Positions 7,121 to 16,757 of a DNA stretch of 30,628 bases are shown piece after piece. Under the pieces are notes generated by a model that saw only the letters and a list, made by a program, of their open reading frames with translations, was not told where the DNA came from and did not search any database. Location of the stretch: contig DASXTZ010000018.1 of the NCBI GenBank assembly GCA_036505135.1, positions 1-30,628 on the forward strand. Direction: 5' to 3'. This DNA comes from Ignavibacteria bacterium. Its GTDB lineage: Bacteria; Bacteroidota; Ignavibacteria; Tepidaquicellales; OLB5. The position numbers and the translations under genes are program-made. The first letter of the stretch is position 1, and every line of letters starts with the position of its first letter.

Positions 7121-8041
7121 TCATTTAGCAAAAACCATTTTCCTTACTTCAACCTTCTCCGGGGTCTTTATCCTGTAAAAATAAACTCCTGATGGCAGGT
7201 TTGAAGCATTAAAAGTAACTTCATGCTCGCCCTCGTTCTGGCTTTCATCAACTAAAACCACAACTTCCCTTCCCAGCCTGTCATAAACCGTTATCTTAAC
7301 GCTGGTGGCCTGTTTTAATGTGTAGTTGATCTTTGTTTCGGGATTAAACGGATTGGGATAGTTTTTTGTGCTGAAGTATGATTCGCCGGCTGAGGTATTA
7401 TCCTGTGCAATTTCCATCTTAACTTCTTTATTGAAGCGCTCTGCAACCATTGCAACACCGGTTTCAATTGTACCTGATTTAAAATCTTTTCCCGCAGCGT
7501 ATGAAATCTGAATCCCAATAGCCTCATTTTCAAGAACCGAAAAATCTTCATCTTTCAGCTTTGAAACAACCTTAAACTCGCTCTGGTTAATGTTAAAATG
7601 CACTTCTTTCCATCCGGAAAAATTAAGCGAAACCGGCTTGGATTCAAGGCGTGTGTCATTAGTTTCATCATATTTGCCGTCGTTATTCCTGTCATAGAGA
7701 ACCTGTATGGTTACTGACAAATCGTTATTCACACCCTGAAGCATTAAAGAAAGAATGTTATCTTCCGATACCTGAAGCTTTTCTTCTTTTCTTATCAAAC
7801 CCAAAAAAGAATTAGGTGAAATATTAATTGTTGAGGTTGAAACTATACCATAACCGTTTTCTAGGTTATCCTGGGAATGTGAATATTTCATGGTAAGGTT
7901 TCCGCCCCAGTACCATCCAGGGAGAGTGTGGTCTCCAAAGCTATCGATAACAACCAGATTATTTGTTTGTGAGAGTGCCTGTGTTGCTAAAAGTATTAAA
8001 ACAAAAAATGTAAACACTAAGCGCGTAATGATCTTTATCAT
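7121..8041 (-). CDS. Secreted T9SS cargo with a possible carbohydrate-binding-like (CBM11/CIA30-like) domain
   Basis: Signal peptide ending ALS/Q; LNFSGWKEVHF resembles galactose-binding-like folds; C-terminal KNYPNPFNPETKI...SGVYFYRI...RKMVFAK CTD. Confidence 0.7.
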   Translation of the reverse strand: MIKIITRLVFTFFVLILLATQALSQTNNLVVIDSFGDHTLPGWYWGGNLTMKYSHSQDNLENGYGIVSTSTINISPNSFLGLIRKEEKLQVSEDNILSLMLQGVNNDLSVTIQVLYDRNNDGKYDETNDTRLESKPVSLNFSGWKEVHFNINQSEFKVVSKLKDEDFSVLENEAIGIQISYAAGKDFKSGTIETGVAMVAERFNKEVKMEIAQDNTSAGESYFSTKNYPNPFNPETKINYTLKQATSVKITVYDRLGREVVVLVDESQNEGEHEVTFNASNLPSGVYFYRIKTPEKVEVRKMVFAK

Positions 8042-8083
8042 TAAGAATTATCCCCCTTAAGAAATATTTTAGGTTATAAAGAA

Positions 8084-8452
8084 CTACTTAACCAGAGTCA
8101 TCCTCTTTACCGAGGAATATGCTCCGAACTGTAGTTTATAGAGGTAAATACCTGCGGGGAGATCCTGTGCATCGAACGTGATTTCATATTCGCCTGCGGA
8201 CTGGTATGCATCCACAAGAACCTGCACGGACTGACCGACGAGATTAAAGACTGTTAGCTTAACCTCTCCATCGGTTTTGAGTGTGTATGAAAGTATAGTT
8301 GAAGGATTGAACGGATTGGGATAATTCTGATTAAGTACAAATTTATCGGGATTACCCTTGAAATCCGTAAGCTGTCCTTTATTAACGGCGCTTGCTGTCA
8401 GAGTGCCGAAGATAAAGAATAGGATTATTGTTAATTTGTATACTTTCCGCAT
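8084..8452 (-). CDS. Stand-alone T9SS C-terminal sorting domain protein
   Basis: Signal peptide, about 15-aa linker, then LNQNYPNPFNPST...AGIYLYKL...KRMTLVK; no passenger domain. Confidence 0.85.
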   Translation of the reverse strand: MRKVYKLTIILFFIFGTLTASAVNKGQLTDFKGNPDKFVLNQNYPNPFNPSTILSYTLKTDGEVKLTVFNLVGQSVQVLVDAYQSAGEYEITFDAQDLPAGIYLYKLQFGAYSSVKRMTLVK

Positions 8453-8471
8453 AATACCTCTAAAACTTATA

Positions 8472-8502
8472 CAAATTTAGCATTTATTGTTTTTAATGTC
8501 AA
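8472..8502 (-). promoter_or_regulatory. Promoter for the CTD-only gene and the 7121-8041 gene
   Basis: TTGACA (8502-8497), 17-nt spacer, TAAATTTG (8479-8472). Confidence 0.75.
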
Positions 8503-8614
8503 TATACGAAATACTGGAAAGACGTGATGCCCGTAAAAATATATAAAAGAAAAACAATATCTTAACAAATTTTTACACCTTTAACGTTATTCAAGATTGC
8601 GTTTTGAATTTAAT

Positions 8615-9601
8615 TCATCTATTTATTGAACTCATTGCCCTCTCCGGATACCGAGGACCGGCTGTAAAGCCTATCGGAGCTATTTCATGTATTCTTCTTA
8701 AATCTTCACCGCTTAAGGTTATATTTACTGCCCCGATGTTTTCCTCAAGATATTTAACTTTTTTAGTTCCGGGAATGGGGACAATAAAATCACGCTGCGC
8801 CATAACCCATGCTAATGCAAGCTGCGCTTTTGTGCAGCCTTTTTCCTTTGCAATTTCTTCAAGCCTCCTAACTATTTCATAATTGTGCTCGATGTTCCCC
8901 TGCTGAAATCTCGGGTGATTCCTTCTGAAATCATCTTCGGGAAGTTCATCTGTTGATTTAAACCTTCCTGTTAAAAATCCCCTTCCTATAGGCGAATAAG
9001 CAACAAAGCTTATACCAAGCTCACTGCATAAATCAAGATGCTCTTTTTCCGGGTCTCTTGTCCATAACGAATATTCCGTTTGCAAAGCAGTTATCGGATG
9101 AACTTTATTTGCACGCTTTATTGTTTCCGGTGCTGCTTCAGATAAGCCGATATATCTTACCTTTCCCTCATTTACCAGATCAGACATCGCTTTAACCGTA
9201 TCTTCGATGGGGGTATTTACATCAACCCGGTGCTGGTAATATAAATCTATAACATCTATACCCAGACGTTTTAAGCTTGCATCGCAAGCCTGTTTTACAT
9301 ATTCAGGTTTACCATTTATTCCAAGGAAGCTCCCGTCTTTGCCTCTTACATTCCCAAATTTTGTCGCAATAATTACTTTGTCTCTTTTATCTTCTACTGC
9401 TTTTCCAAGGAGCTCTTCGTTATGGCCCACTCCATACATATCGGCCGTATCAAAGAAATTTATTCCTAGCTCAATAGCCCGGTGAATTGTTTTAACGGAT
9501 TCATCATCATTTCTTCCTGAGTAGAATTCAGACATACCCATACAGCCCAATCCCATTTGTGAAACCCGCAGCTCGCTTTTACCTAATTGTTTATAGTTCA
9601 T
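8615..9601 (-). CDS. Aldo/keto reductase
   Basis: [52 protein letters not shown]. Start reassigned from 9649 to ATG 9601 (MNYKQLG), which has AAGG/GGA directly upstream. Confidence 0.93.
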   Translation of the reverse strand: MNYKQLGKSELRVSQMGLGCMGMSEFYSGRNDDESVKTIHRAIELGINFFDTADMYGVGHNEELLGKAVEDKRDKVIIATKFGNVRGKDGSFLGINGKPEYVKQACDASLKRLGIDVIDLYYQHRVDVNTPIEDTVKAMSDLVNEGKVRYIGLSEAAPETIKRANKVHPITALQTEYSLWTRDPEKEHLDLCSELGISFVAYSPIGRGFLTGRFKSTDELPEDDFRRNHPRFQQGNIEHNYEIVRRLEEIAKEKGCTKAQLALAWVMAQRDFIVPIPGTKKVKYLEENIGAVNITLSGEDLRRIHEIAPIGFTAGPRYPERAMSSINR

Positions 9602-9615
9602 TTCCTTTCCCTTAT

Positions 9616-9644
9616 CCGTCAGTCCGCTCAAAGCGGACAGACGG
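9616..9644. repeat. Palindromic mini-element
   Basis: CCGTCAGTCCGCT-CAA-AGCGGACAGACGG, 12 of 13 pairs. Confidence 0.65.
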
Positions 9645-9721
9645 TTCAATGGTTTTTTATATTAAACAAACAATAATATCAAACAGGTTTAATTATAAGT
9701 AGATAAAAATCCGGCATCGTA

Positions 9722-9743
9722 ACTCGAATCGCCCGATTCGAGT
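9722..9743. repeat. Perfect 10-bp inverted repeat
   Basis: ACTCGAATCG-CC-CGATTCGAGT, followed by the imperfect GTCGAAAC-AGC-GTTTCAAC. Confidence 0.6.
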
Positions 9744-9773
9744 AGTCGAAACAGCGTTTCAACATACATAAAT

Positions 9774-9807
9774 AAAAAAGCCGCCTGATACTTCTACCAG
9801 GCGGCTT
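9774..9807 (-). terminator. Intrinsic terminator after degP
   Basis: AAGCCGCCTG/CAGGCGGCTT 10-bp stem with a T-run on the minus strand. Confidence 0.88.
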
Positions 9808-9855
9808 AATTAGGCTTTGCTTTTATTTTGCCTTTTCATTTTTTATTTTTCACTT

Positions 9856-11361
9856 TTATTGCAGCTTAACTGCCACTATTCTTTCCTGGCCGTTTTTATC
9901 CAATACTTTAAGTAAAACAGAGTCACCTGAGCTTTTACTGCTTATTGCATCGGATAGATCACCCGGTGAGTTTACTTTTTTCTTATTAGCTTCAATTATA
10001 ACAAATCCCTCTTGTATCCCGCGCATGAATGCATCCGAAAACTTATCAACACTTGTAACAACTGCTCCGCCCGTAATATTATATTTATCTTTGACTTGCG
10101 ATGAAACATCCGACACTGCAATTCCAAGAGCTTTAACTGTTTCAGAAGAAGTGCCTTTATTGCCGATATCTCCTTTTTTCTCATTTAAGGTTGTCTGGTT
10201 GTTGTCATCCATTCTTGGCTTTAATGTAACTTCTTTATCCATTGTCTTTCCGTCTCGGAATATTATAACTTTAACTACATCACCGGGGCGCTTGCTGTTT
10301 ATGTAAACCTGCAGCTCGTTAGAAGCGTTAACTTCTTTACCGTCAACCGTAAAGATAACATCACCTGACTGCAACCCTGCTTCATCGCCGCCGCCACCCT
10401 TTTGAACGCTTTGAACGAGAACGCCTTTAGCTTTATCAAGCCCTATTGCTTTTGCCATAGTCTCATCAACAGTCTGAATCTGAACGCCAATATATCCTCT
10501 TGTTACTTTACCGCTTTTTATAAGCTCTGTTGTAACGCTTTTAACAATATTAACGGGAATGGCAAAACCATAGCCCTGATAAAAACCTGTATTTGTTTTA
10601 ATTGCAGAGTTTATCCCAACAAGCTGGCCGTTAATATCAACAAGTGCGCCACCCGAGTTACCGGGGTTAATTGCAGCATCGGTTTGAATAAAATTCTCTA
10701 TTGCATAACCGCCGCCATTAATACCGATATTTCTGCCCATTGCGCTTACTATACCGGCTGTAACTGTGTTGTTTAAGCCAAGCGGGTTTCCTATTGCAAG
10801 AACCCATTGCCCAACCTGAACATTATCGGAGTTACCCATTGAAATTTCAGGAAGGTCATTTCCATCAATTTTAATTACAGCAAGATCGGTATTTTCATCA
10901 AGGCCAATAACCCTGGCATCATATTCCCGTTTATCGGTAAGTGTAACCCTTATCCCATGCTCACCTGCGCCGCGGACAACATGATTATTGGTAACAATAT
11001 AACCATCCTTTGAGATAATCACACCGGAACCGCTGCCCATTTCAGGCTGTTCATCGGGCATTTGGAAATCCGGTCCAAAAAAGAACTTAAATGGCTGCTC
11101 TTCTTTGTTATCGTTCTTTTTGGGCTCGGTTTTCACAACGATGTAAACAACAGCGGGAGTAACCGCTTTGCTGATCTCAACAAAGGCATCGTTCATGCTC
11201 TTTAAGTCGGTATTAGCAGTAATTGGCGGTGTTGTGTTAAATTCCACCTGTGAATCAGAATGGACAACCTTAACGCCGCTGAAGTTTGCAATCAGCACTG
11301 CCCCGAAAATTATCGAAAGCAGAATAACTAAACCTGCCGCAATAATTGATTTTCTTGACAT
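9856..11361 (-). CDS. degP: HtrA/DegP family serine protease with two PDZ domains
   Basis: GSGSGVII, TNNHVV (His), DLAVIK (Asp), IQTDAAINPGNSGG (Ser), two PDZ domains, N-terminal hydrophobic signal or anchor. Confidence 0.93.
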   Translation of the reverse strand: MSRKSIIAAGLVILLSIIFGAVLIANFSGVKVVHSDSQVEFNTTPPITANTDLKSMNDAFVEISKAVTPAVVYIVVKTEPKKNDNKEEQPFKFFFGPDFQMPDEQPEMGSGSGVIISKDGYIVTNNHVVRGAGEHGIRVTLTDKREYDARVIGLDENTDLAVIKIDGNDLPEISMGNSDNVQVGQWVLAIGNPLGLNNTVTAGIVSAMGRNIGINGGGYAIENFIQTDAAINPGNSGGALVDINGQLVGINSAIKTNTGFYQGYGFAIPVNIVKSVTTELIKSGKVTRGYIGVQIQTVDETMAKAIGLDKAKGVLVQSVQKGGGGDEAGLQSGDVIFTVDGKEVNASNELQVYINSKRPGDVVKVIIFRDGKTMDKEVTLKPRMDDNNQTTLNEKKGDIGNKGTSSETVKALGIAVSDVSSQVKDKYNITGGAVVTSVDKFSDAFMRGIQEGFVIIEANKKKVNSPGDLSDAISSKSSGDSVLLKVLDKNGQERIVAVKLQ

Positions 11362-11427
11362 TTTTATTTCTCCTTAATAATTAAAATTTCTTTCCTCTTT
11401 CACCAGCGCCTTTATTGGCTCAATTGA

Positions 11428-11454
11428 CCCTCTCCCTTTTGAGAGGGTGAGGGT
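11428..11454 (+). repeat. REP-like element, family C
   Basis: CCCTCTC-CCTTTT-GAGAGGG followed by TGAGGGT. Confidence 0.65.
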
Positions 11455-11487
11455 TTCCCAATTGTAAAAAAATGTAAATAGTACAGT

Positions 11488-12189
11488 TTATCCCGTTAAG
11501 TGTGCCTCCTGCGATTTAAAAACTTTACCGGACTTTGAATTGTTTATATGCTCTAAATGATTTTTGTAATAATTTTCGAAGAATTTTTCCAGGCCTCTGG
11601 AGGCCATTCTTGATATATTAAGATTTAACAGGTCATTAAAGTTCCCGGCCTGGCTGCACGCTGCCATAAATTCGATGCTTTTTAACTCACCCGGGTTTAA
11701 TTTTGGTAATCCATCCCTGTGGGAAAATTTCAGCGGGCTTATTCCAAACCCAAGCAATTCGCATAATTTAAATTCAAAATAAAATAACAAATTGTTATAG
11801 TTTTTTGTTGCATCGTCAAGATTTTCTAGTGTAAATCTTAGCAAATTAAAAATCTCCTTATTTTGCTCATGGTCTGCAGTGGTTCTGTTCACCAGCTCAA
11901 TTATTCTGAATCCAGCCTGCATTTTATCATAATCACCGTAAATTGACTTAAAAGATTTAGCATATTCTGCATTAGAAATAAGATGGAGGTCTTTATTTTC
12001 CTTAAAATAAAAAAACAGGTTTAAATATGCCATAGACTGCAGCACTCCGCCCCATTTAGTCCTGGCGCTTCTTACAGCCTTAGCTATCCCGCGGATTTTA
12101 CCATGTGATTTTGAGTAAAACGTGACGATTTTGCTCGTTTCGCGGTAATTACTGCATTTTAAAATTATTGCTTCTGTTCTTATTATCAA
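11488..12189 (-). CDS. recO: DNA repair protein RecO
   Basis: TTG start; N-terminal OB-fold signature TEAIIL..NYRETSKIVTFYS...GKIRGIAKAVR; YFEFKLCELLGF; no 4-Cys zinc finger. Confidence 0.9.
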   Translation of the reverse strand: MIIRTEAIILKCSNYRETSKIVTFYSKSHGKIRGIAKAVRSARTKWGGVLQSMAYLNLFFYFKENKDLHLISNAEYAKSFKSIYGDYDKMQAGFRIIELVNRTTADHEQNKEIFNLLRFTLENLDDATKNYNNLLFYFEFKLCELLGFGISPLKFSHRDGLPKLNPGELKSIEFMAACSQAGNFNDLLNLNISRMASRGLEKFFENYYKNHLEHINNSKSGKVFKSQEAHLTG

Positions 12190-12286
12190 TTTAATAATCC
12201 ATTAATCACCTGATTTATAAACCACCGACTTGGATTTACGCACCTCAAACATAATGATAAAAAGTAATTAATATATTCTTCGCAAA

Positions 12287-12305
12287 TCCCCCTTGTCAAA
12301 GGGGA
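12287..12305. repeat. Short hairpin, truncated family C-like
   Basis: CCCCTT-GTCA-AAGGGG just after the mtnA stop codon. Confidence 0.5.
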
Positions 12306-12323
12306 CAAGCTCTGGCGGGTGTT

Positions 12324-13400
12324 TTAACTTTCTATTTCACGTTTCGCAGTTTGTATCCAGCTCGAAAACATTTGCTTTATCACGCCAAAATTATACGGAG
12401 GAAAGTGAACTTTATATTCAGTTATAATAGCTGTAACCAGGTTATTAGGGACAAGGTCAAATGCCGGGTTCATAACCATTACATCATTGTTAACAATTCT
12501 TTCATTTCCTATAGTTCGTATCTCATCAGGATCGCGTTCTTCAATTTTAATTTGCTCCCCGTTTTCAATTTCAAAATCAATTGTTGAGCCCGGGGCAGCA
12601 ACATAGAATGGTATCTTGTGGAATGCACAGTTAACAGCAAGTGAATAGCTGCCTACTTTATTTACAACATCACCGTTTGAAGCAATTCTATCAGCTCCAA
12701 TAATCACGCAATTTATCTGCCCTTCCTTCATCAGGTTGGCCGCCATTGAATCCACAATCAGGTCATATTCAATATCAAGCTTATCCAGCTCATACGTTGT
12801 TAACCTTGTGCCCTGCATCAGCGGACGGGTCTCATCTACATAAACAAAGATATCTTTACCAAGCTTCTTTGCCGTTGAAATAATGCCAAGGGCTGTTCCT
12901 ATTCCGCCTGCAGCAAGCTCACCTGTATTACAGTGTGTTAAAATATTCGACTTCTGGCCTATTAGTTCGGCGCCGTTAACACCAATCCTGCTGCACATTT
13001 CAATATCCTCATCAAAAATTGCGTCTGCCTCTCTCAAAAGCATATCTTCGATCTGCTCAAACTCTTTTTCTTTATATTCTTCAAAAGCCTTTTCCATCCT
13101 ATCTAGTGCATAAAATAAATTCCTAGCAGTAGGCCTTGAGCTTCGGAAGCTTTCGAGAATTTTATAGAAGTGGATCTCAAAATTCTTTCGCTTGGCTGAA
13201 TTAGAATAATGAACACCAAGAACCACGCCATATGCTGCGGTTATACCAATCAGCGGAGCGCCGCGTATCTTCAGCTCTTTTATTGCTCCAACTACATCCT
13301 TATAGTCTTTTGTCTTTACATACTTTTCTTTAAGGGGAAGCAGTGTCTGGTCTAAGAATATTAACTCGTGTTTATTTGTGTATTCTAGTTTGTTAATCAT
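12324..13400 (-). CDS. mtnA: S-methyl-5-thioribose-1-phosphate isomerase
   Basis: LDQTLLP, IRGAPLIG, RPTARNL, LTHCNTGELA..GIGTALG, ETRPLMQGTRLT, GADRIASNGDVVNKVG, NPAFD. Confidence 0.93.
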   Translation of the reverse strand: MINKLEYTNKHELIFLDQTLLPLKEKYVKTKDYKDVVGAIKELKIRGAPLIGITAAYGVVLGVHYSNSAKRKNFEIHFYKILESFRSSRPTARNLFYALDRMEKAFEEYKEKEFEQIEDMLLREADAIFDEDIEMCSRIGVNGAELIGQKSNILTHCNTGELAAGGIGTALGIISTAKKLGKDIFVYVDETRPLMQGTRLTTYELDKLDIEYDLIVDSMAANLMKEGQINCVIIGADRIASNGDVVNKVGSYSLAVNCAFHKIPFYVAAPGSTIDFEIENGEQIKIEERDPDEIRTIGNERIVNNDVMVMNPAFDLVPNNLVTAIITEYKVHFPPYNFGVIKQMFSSWIQTAKREIES

Positions 13401-13406
13401 TTAAAA

Positions 13407-13480
13407 TTGCGAGCGAAGCGAAGCAATCTCAATATTATAAAAATAACTTGAGTTGCTTCGTCGCTCCGCTCCTCGCAATG
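13407..13480. repeat. Inverted pair of family B REP-like elements
   Basis: TTGCGAGCGAAGCGAAGCAATCTC (+, 13407-13430) and CATTGCGAGGAGCGGAGCGACGAAGCAACTC (-, 13480-13450) around an AT-rich spacer. Confidence 0.85.
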
Positions 13481-13484
13481 AAAA

Positions 13485-14405
13485 TTATAATTCAACTGCC
13501 TCAAATGCAGAAAAACGTTTGAACTCGTTAAACCGGTCTTTTATCTCGAAATGTGAAAGATCTCTTAAGCCTTCAATCGAAAATTTTTCCACGCAGAAGG
13601 ATGCAACGGTGCTTCCATAAACAACCGCACGTTTCATATTTTCGTAAGAAAGATCATCTGTTTTTGAAATATAACCAATAAAACCGCCGGCAAAGCTATC
13701 ACCTGCACCAGTAGGGTCATAAATAGACTCTAGGGGATATGCAGGGGCAGTAAATAACTCATTCTCATAAAAAAGCAGTGCGCCATGCTCACCCTTTTTT
13801 ATAATAACAATCTTTGGGCCCATATTTTGTATCTTCCGTGCTGCTTTGAAAAGATTGAATTCTTTTGACAGCTCGCGGGCCTCGGAATCATTTAATATGA
13901 AAACGTTGATATACTGAAGAACATCAAGCAATGCTTCGTTTTTGCCTTCTATCCAGAAGTTCATTGTATCTGCGATAACCAGCTTCGGGTTTTCGAGCTG
14001 GAAATAAACTTTCTTTTGCAGTTCCGGATTTATATTTCCAAGGCAAATGTACTGGCTTTTTTTAAACTGCTCGGGAATTACAGGGTCAAAATCAGCAAAT
14101 ACATTAAGCTGTGTGGTAATAGAATCTCTTGTATTCAGGTCATAATTATATCTGCCGTGCCAGTGAAAAGTTTTGCCCTCTTCAATTATCTGCAAACCTT
14201 CAAGATCTATTTCTCTTTCTTCAAGAAAGTTCAACTCTTCCTTAGGAAAGTCACCTCCTACTACACCCACAAGCCTTACAGGCTGTATAAAATATGAAGC
14301 AGCAACAGAAATAAATGTGGCTGAACCGCCTACTTTTCTTTCAGCTTTTCCAAAAGGTGTTTCAATTGTATCAAGTGCTAATGAACCGACTACAAGTAAT
14401 GACAT
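13485..14405 (-). CDS. PfkB/ribokinase family sugar or nucleoside kinase
   Basis: VGGSATFIS N-terminal signature, LNDSEA, IIKKGEHGA, and the DPTGAGDSFAGG anion-hole motif. Confidence 0.92.
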   Translation of the reverse strand: MSLLVVGSLALDTIETPFGKAERKVGGSATFISVAASYFIQPVRLVGVVGGDFPKEELNFLEEREIDLEGLQIIEEGKTFHWHGRYNYDLNTRDSITTQLNVFADFDPVIPEQFKKSQYICLGNINPELQKKVYFQLENPKLVIADTMNFWIEGKNEALLDVLQYINVFILNDSEARELSKEFNLFKAARKIQNMGPKIVIIKKGEHGALLFYENELFTAPAYPLESIYDPTGAGDSFAGGFIGYISKTDDLSYENMKRAVVYGSTVASFCVEKFSIEGLRDLSHFEIKDRFNEFKRFSAFEAVEL

Positions 14406-14435
14406 GTGCTTATGTTATTCGTTTTGGTTTTGAAA

Positions 14436-14525
14436 CCTCACCTTTTTAATCAATCCTCTGAAAGGTTAGTAAGAATTTTTTCGATGCTTCCCCCTCTCCT
14501 TTGGAGAGGGGATTGAGGAGTGAGG
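14436..14525. repeat. Family C element (14491-14525) with a degenerate inverted partner (14436-14459)
   Basis: CCCCTCTCC-TTT-GGAGAGGGG then ATTGAGGAGTGAGG; upstream CCTCACC...TCAATCCTCT approximates its reverse complement. Confidence 0.7.
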
Positions 14526-14654
14526 CAAAACCCAAAATTAGCTAAGAAATGCAAGAAATGAAAGGTAATCTGATGCCAAGGGAGTCTTTCTTACTGCAGT
14601 TTTAAAAATCATTTTAATTAGTAAATTTCGTTAAATAAATGATATTTTTATTAA

Positions 14655-14683
14655 TTGATTTTGCACCATAAATATCCTATTAT
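14655..14683 (+). promoter_or_regulatory. Candidate promoter for 14722-16710
   Basis: TTGATT, 17-nt spacer, TATTAT. Confidence 0.45.
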
Positions 14684-14721
14684 TACAAACAATTAACTAA
14701 TCTTAAACAAACATTAACAAA

Positions 14722-16710
14722 ATGAAGACAAAAAGACTATTTTTACTTTTTGTATCAGTTATAATTTGCTTTTGGAGCCTTAACTTGTTTGCACAGGTAG
14801 ATCCAAATGTACCACGGGTAAATTATACATATGATATGAAGCTCCTTATGCCAAAAGCATACAATATAGACCCATACGGTATTGATGTTTTAATTGCAGT
14901 AGGCCCATTTGATAATTATCAGGTATCAGGAACAAATGGATTTGCAGAAACCGATATTGCGGTAAATCCCCGAAATACGCTAAATTTTGTCGGATCTGAT
15001 AACAGGGTCACGGGTTTTGTTGGAACTCCTTATATATATTATACTACTGATGGCGGTGTAACCTGGGGACAATCAGTTATATCTGCCAACCAGGGAGACC
15101 CGGTATTCTGCGCAGATAGCTTAGGTAACTTTTATTGCGCAGTGCTTTCCAGCGGAGTGAGAATTCTTAAATCGACCGATGGCGGAGTAACATGGACAAA
15201 TTTGGGTAATGCAGTAAGCAACTCGCAGGCAGATAAAGAATGGATCGCTGCAGATAGAACTGCAGGTCCTTTCCAAAACAATGTTTACTTTGCTTATGTT
15301 AACTTTGCAACCGGTGCCAGCGTTGATTTCCACAGGAGCACAAATAACGGTTCAAGCTGGACTTTTGTGGGTAACATGGGTTCAGGAACGCCAAATCCTG
15401 GACCAAACATTACTGTTGGACCGGGCGGAAGAGTTTATCTTGCATGGTATAACGGCGGCGGAACATCTGTTAGAGTTTCAACAGATGGCGGTGCAACATT
15501 TGGATCCGCAGTTACTGCATCATCACACTCTAATCCCGGAGCTTTGAACTCAGCTGGAAGATATGTGCTTAAAGCTGATATCAGGGTTAACGGAATGCCG
15601 CAGCTTGCTGTTGATATGTCAAACGGAGCAAGAAGAGGGTATGTATATGATGTTTATGCCGGAAATCCTCCCGGACCGGATGCTTCAAGTATTTTCTGCA
15701 CACGCTCTACAGACGGCGGAGCCACCTGGAGCTGGGGAACACCCGTGCAGGTTAACAATGATGCCACATTTTTTGACCAGTGGATGACTGATGTATGTGT
15801 TGATAACTTTGGAAGAGTTTGGGTTTACTGGTGGGATTCAAGAAATGATCCTGCAAATATCCTCACTGAGACCTGGGGAGCAGTTTCAACTGATGGAGGC
15901 TTAACATTCACAAACTTCATGGTCTCCAACCAGAATTTTAATCCAAACAGTGTTAGAATCTTCCAGGGTACAAACCATTACTACCTTGGCGATTATCAGG
16001 GAATGGATGGAAGAACTGTGGTATTTCCTTTTTACACCGGACAAAATAATACATTGCAGGATTTTACTGCTTATTTACCTGATTGGGGAACCTTTTTCCG
16101 TAAGACAATTGACAGTGTAAACCCCGGTTCAACTTCATTTGTAAGGATGGTTAATCCTGTAGTAGGTCCTTATACGGGCACGGTAACTTATTCAACAATC
16201 ATTTCTCCCTCCCCTTCGCCCGGAACTATGAATGTTACCTACACTCCCGGCAATGTTAGAACTTTTAACGGTAATGCAGATAGCGTTACTATAAATGTTG
16301 CTGTTTCAAGTAATGTTCCGCAGAATCTTTATACTGTCAATGTTACAGGAACAGAATCCGGAGGTCCCAGAACACATTCACGCAGCTACCAGATTCGCGT
16401 GGGTAATTTCTCAGGTATAACAAATTTGAATAGTGAGGTTCCAAAAACATTTTCATTGGAGCAAAACTATCCGAATCCGTTCAATCCTACCACAAATATT
16501 AAATTTGCATTGCCTGTTGCATCAGTTGTGAGCCTTAAAATTTATGATGCACTTGGCCGTGAAGTAGAATCATTAATTAATAATCATCCTCTAACTGCAG
16601 GGAATTATGTTTATGACTTCAGCGCAGTAAGTATGACAAGCGGAATTTATTTCTACAAACTAACCGCAGGGGATTTTGTAGATATCAAAAAGATGGTATT
16701 GGTGAAGTAA
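14722..16710 (+). CDS. T9SS-secreted Asp-box (BNR) beta-propeller protein, sialidase-like, with a probable Ig-like domain
   Basis: Signal peptide LFA/Q; six [ST]xDGGxT[WF]-type boxes; QGDP, DKEW and GDY motifs; QNYPNPFNPT CTD. Confidence 0.85.
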   Translation: MKTKRLFLLFVSVIICFWSLNLFAQVDPNVPRVNYTYDMKLLMPKAYNIDPYGIDVLIAVGPFDNYQVSGTNGFAETDIAVNPRNTLNFVGSDNRVTGFVGTPYIYYTTDGGVTWGQSVISANQGDPVFCADSLGNFYCAVLSSGVRILKSTDGGVTWTNLGNAVSNSQADKEWIAADRTAGPFQNNVYFAYVNFATGASVDFHRSTNNGSSWTFVGNMGSGTPNPGPNITVGPGGRVYLAWYNGGGTSVRVSTDGGATFGSAVTASSHSNPGALNSAGRYVLKADIRVNGMPQLAVDMSNGARRGYVYDVYAGNPPGPDASSIFCTRSTDGGATWSWGTPVQVNNDATFFDQWMTDVCVDNFGRVWVYWWDSRNDPANILTETWGAVSTDGGLTFTNFMVSNQNFNPNSVRIFQGTNHYYLGDYQGMDGRTVVFPFYTGQNNTLQDFTAYLPDWGTFFRKTIDSVNPGSTSFVRMVNPVVGPYTGTVTYSTIISPSPSPGTMNVTYTPGNVRTFNGNADSVTINVAVSSNVPQNLYTVNVTGTESGGPRTHSRSYQIRVGNFSGITNLNSEVPKTFSLEQNYPNPFNPTTNIKFALPVASVVSLKIYDALGREVESLINNHPLTAGNYVYDFSAVSMTSGIYFYKLTAGDFVDIKKMVLVK

Positions 16711-16716
16711 CAACTC

Positions 16717-16743
16717 TCCTGAGCTCGAATGGCGAAGGATCTC
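16717..16743 (+). repeat. REP-like element, family A
   Basis: TCCTGAGCTCGAATGGCGAAGGATCTC, 6 nt after the stop codon. Confidence 0.65.
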
Positions 16744-16757
16744 GTAACAAAATTTCT

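Noticed and set aside
11362-11487. Heat-shock operator (CIRCE) or sigma-E/sigma-32 promoter upstream of degP
   Set aside because: No match to these consensus sequences; the only structure is a family C repeat.
6721-11724. Identical 13-mer CATCCCTGTGGGA upstream of the PhzF gene (6721-6733) and inside recO (11712-11724)
   Set aside because: One 13-nt match in 30 kb is within chance expectation and the flanks do not align. It is worth revisiting only if a genome-wide search shows a repeat family.
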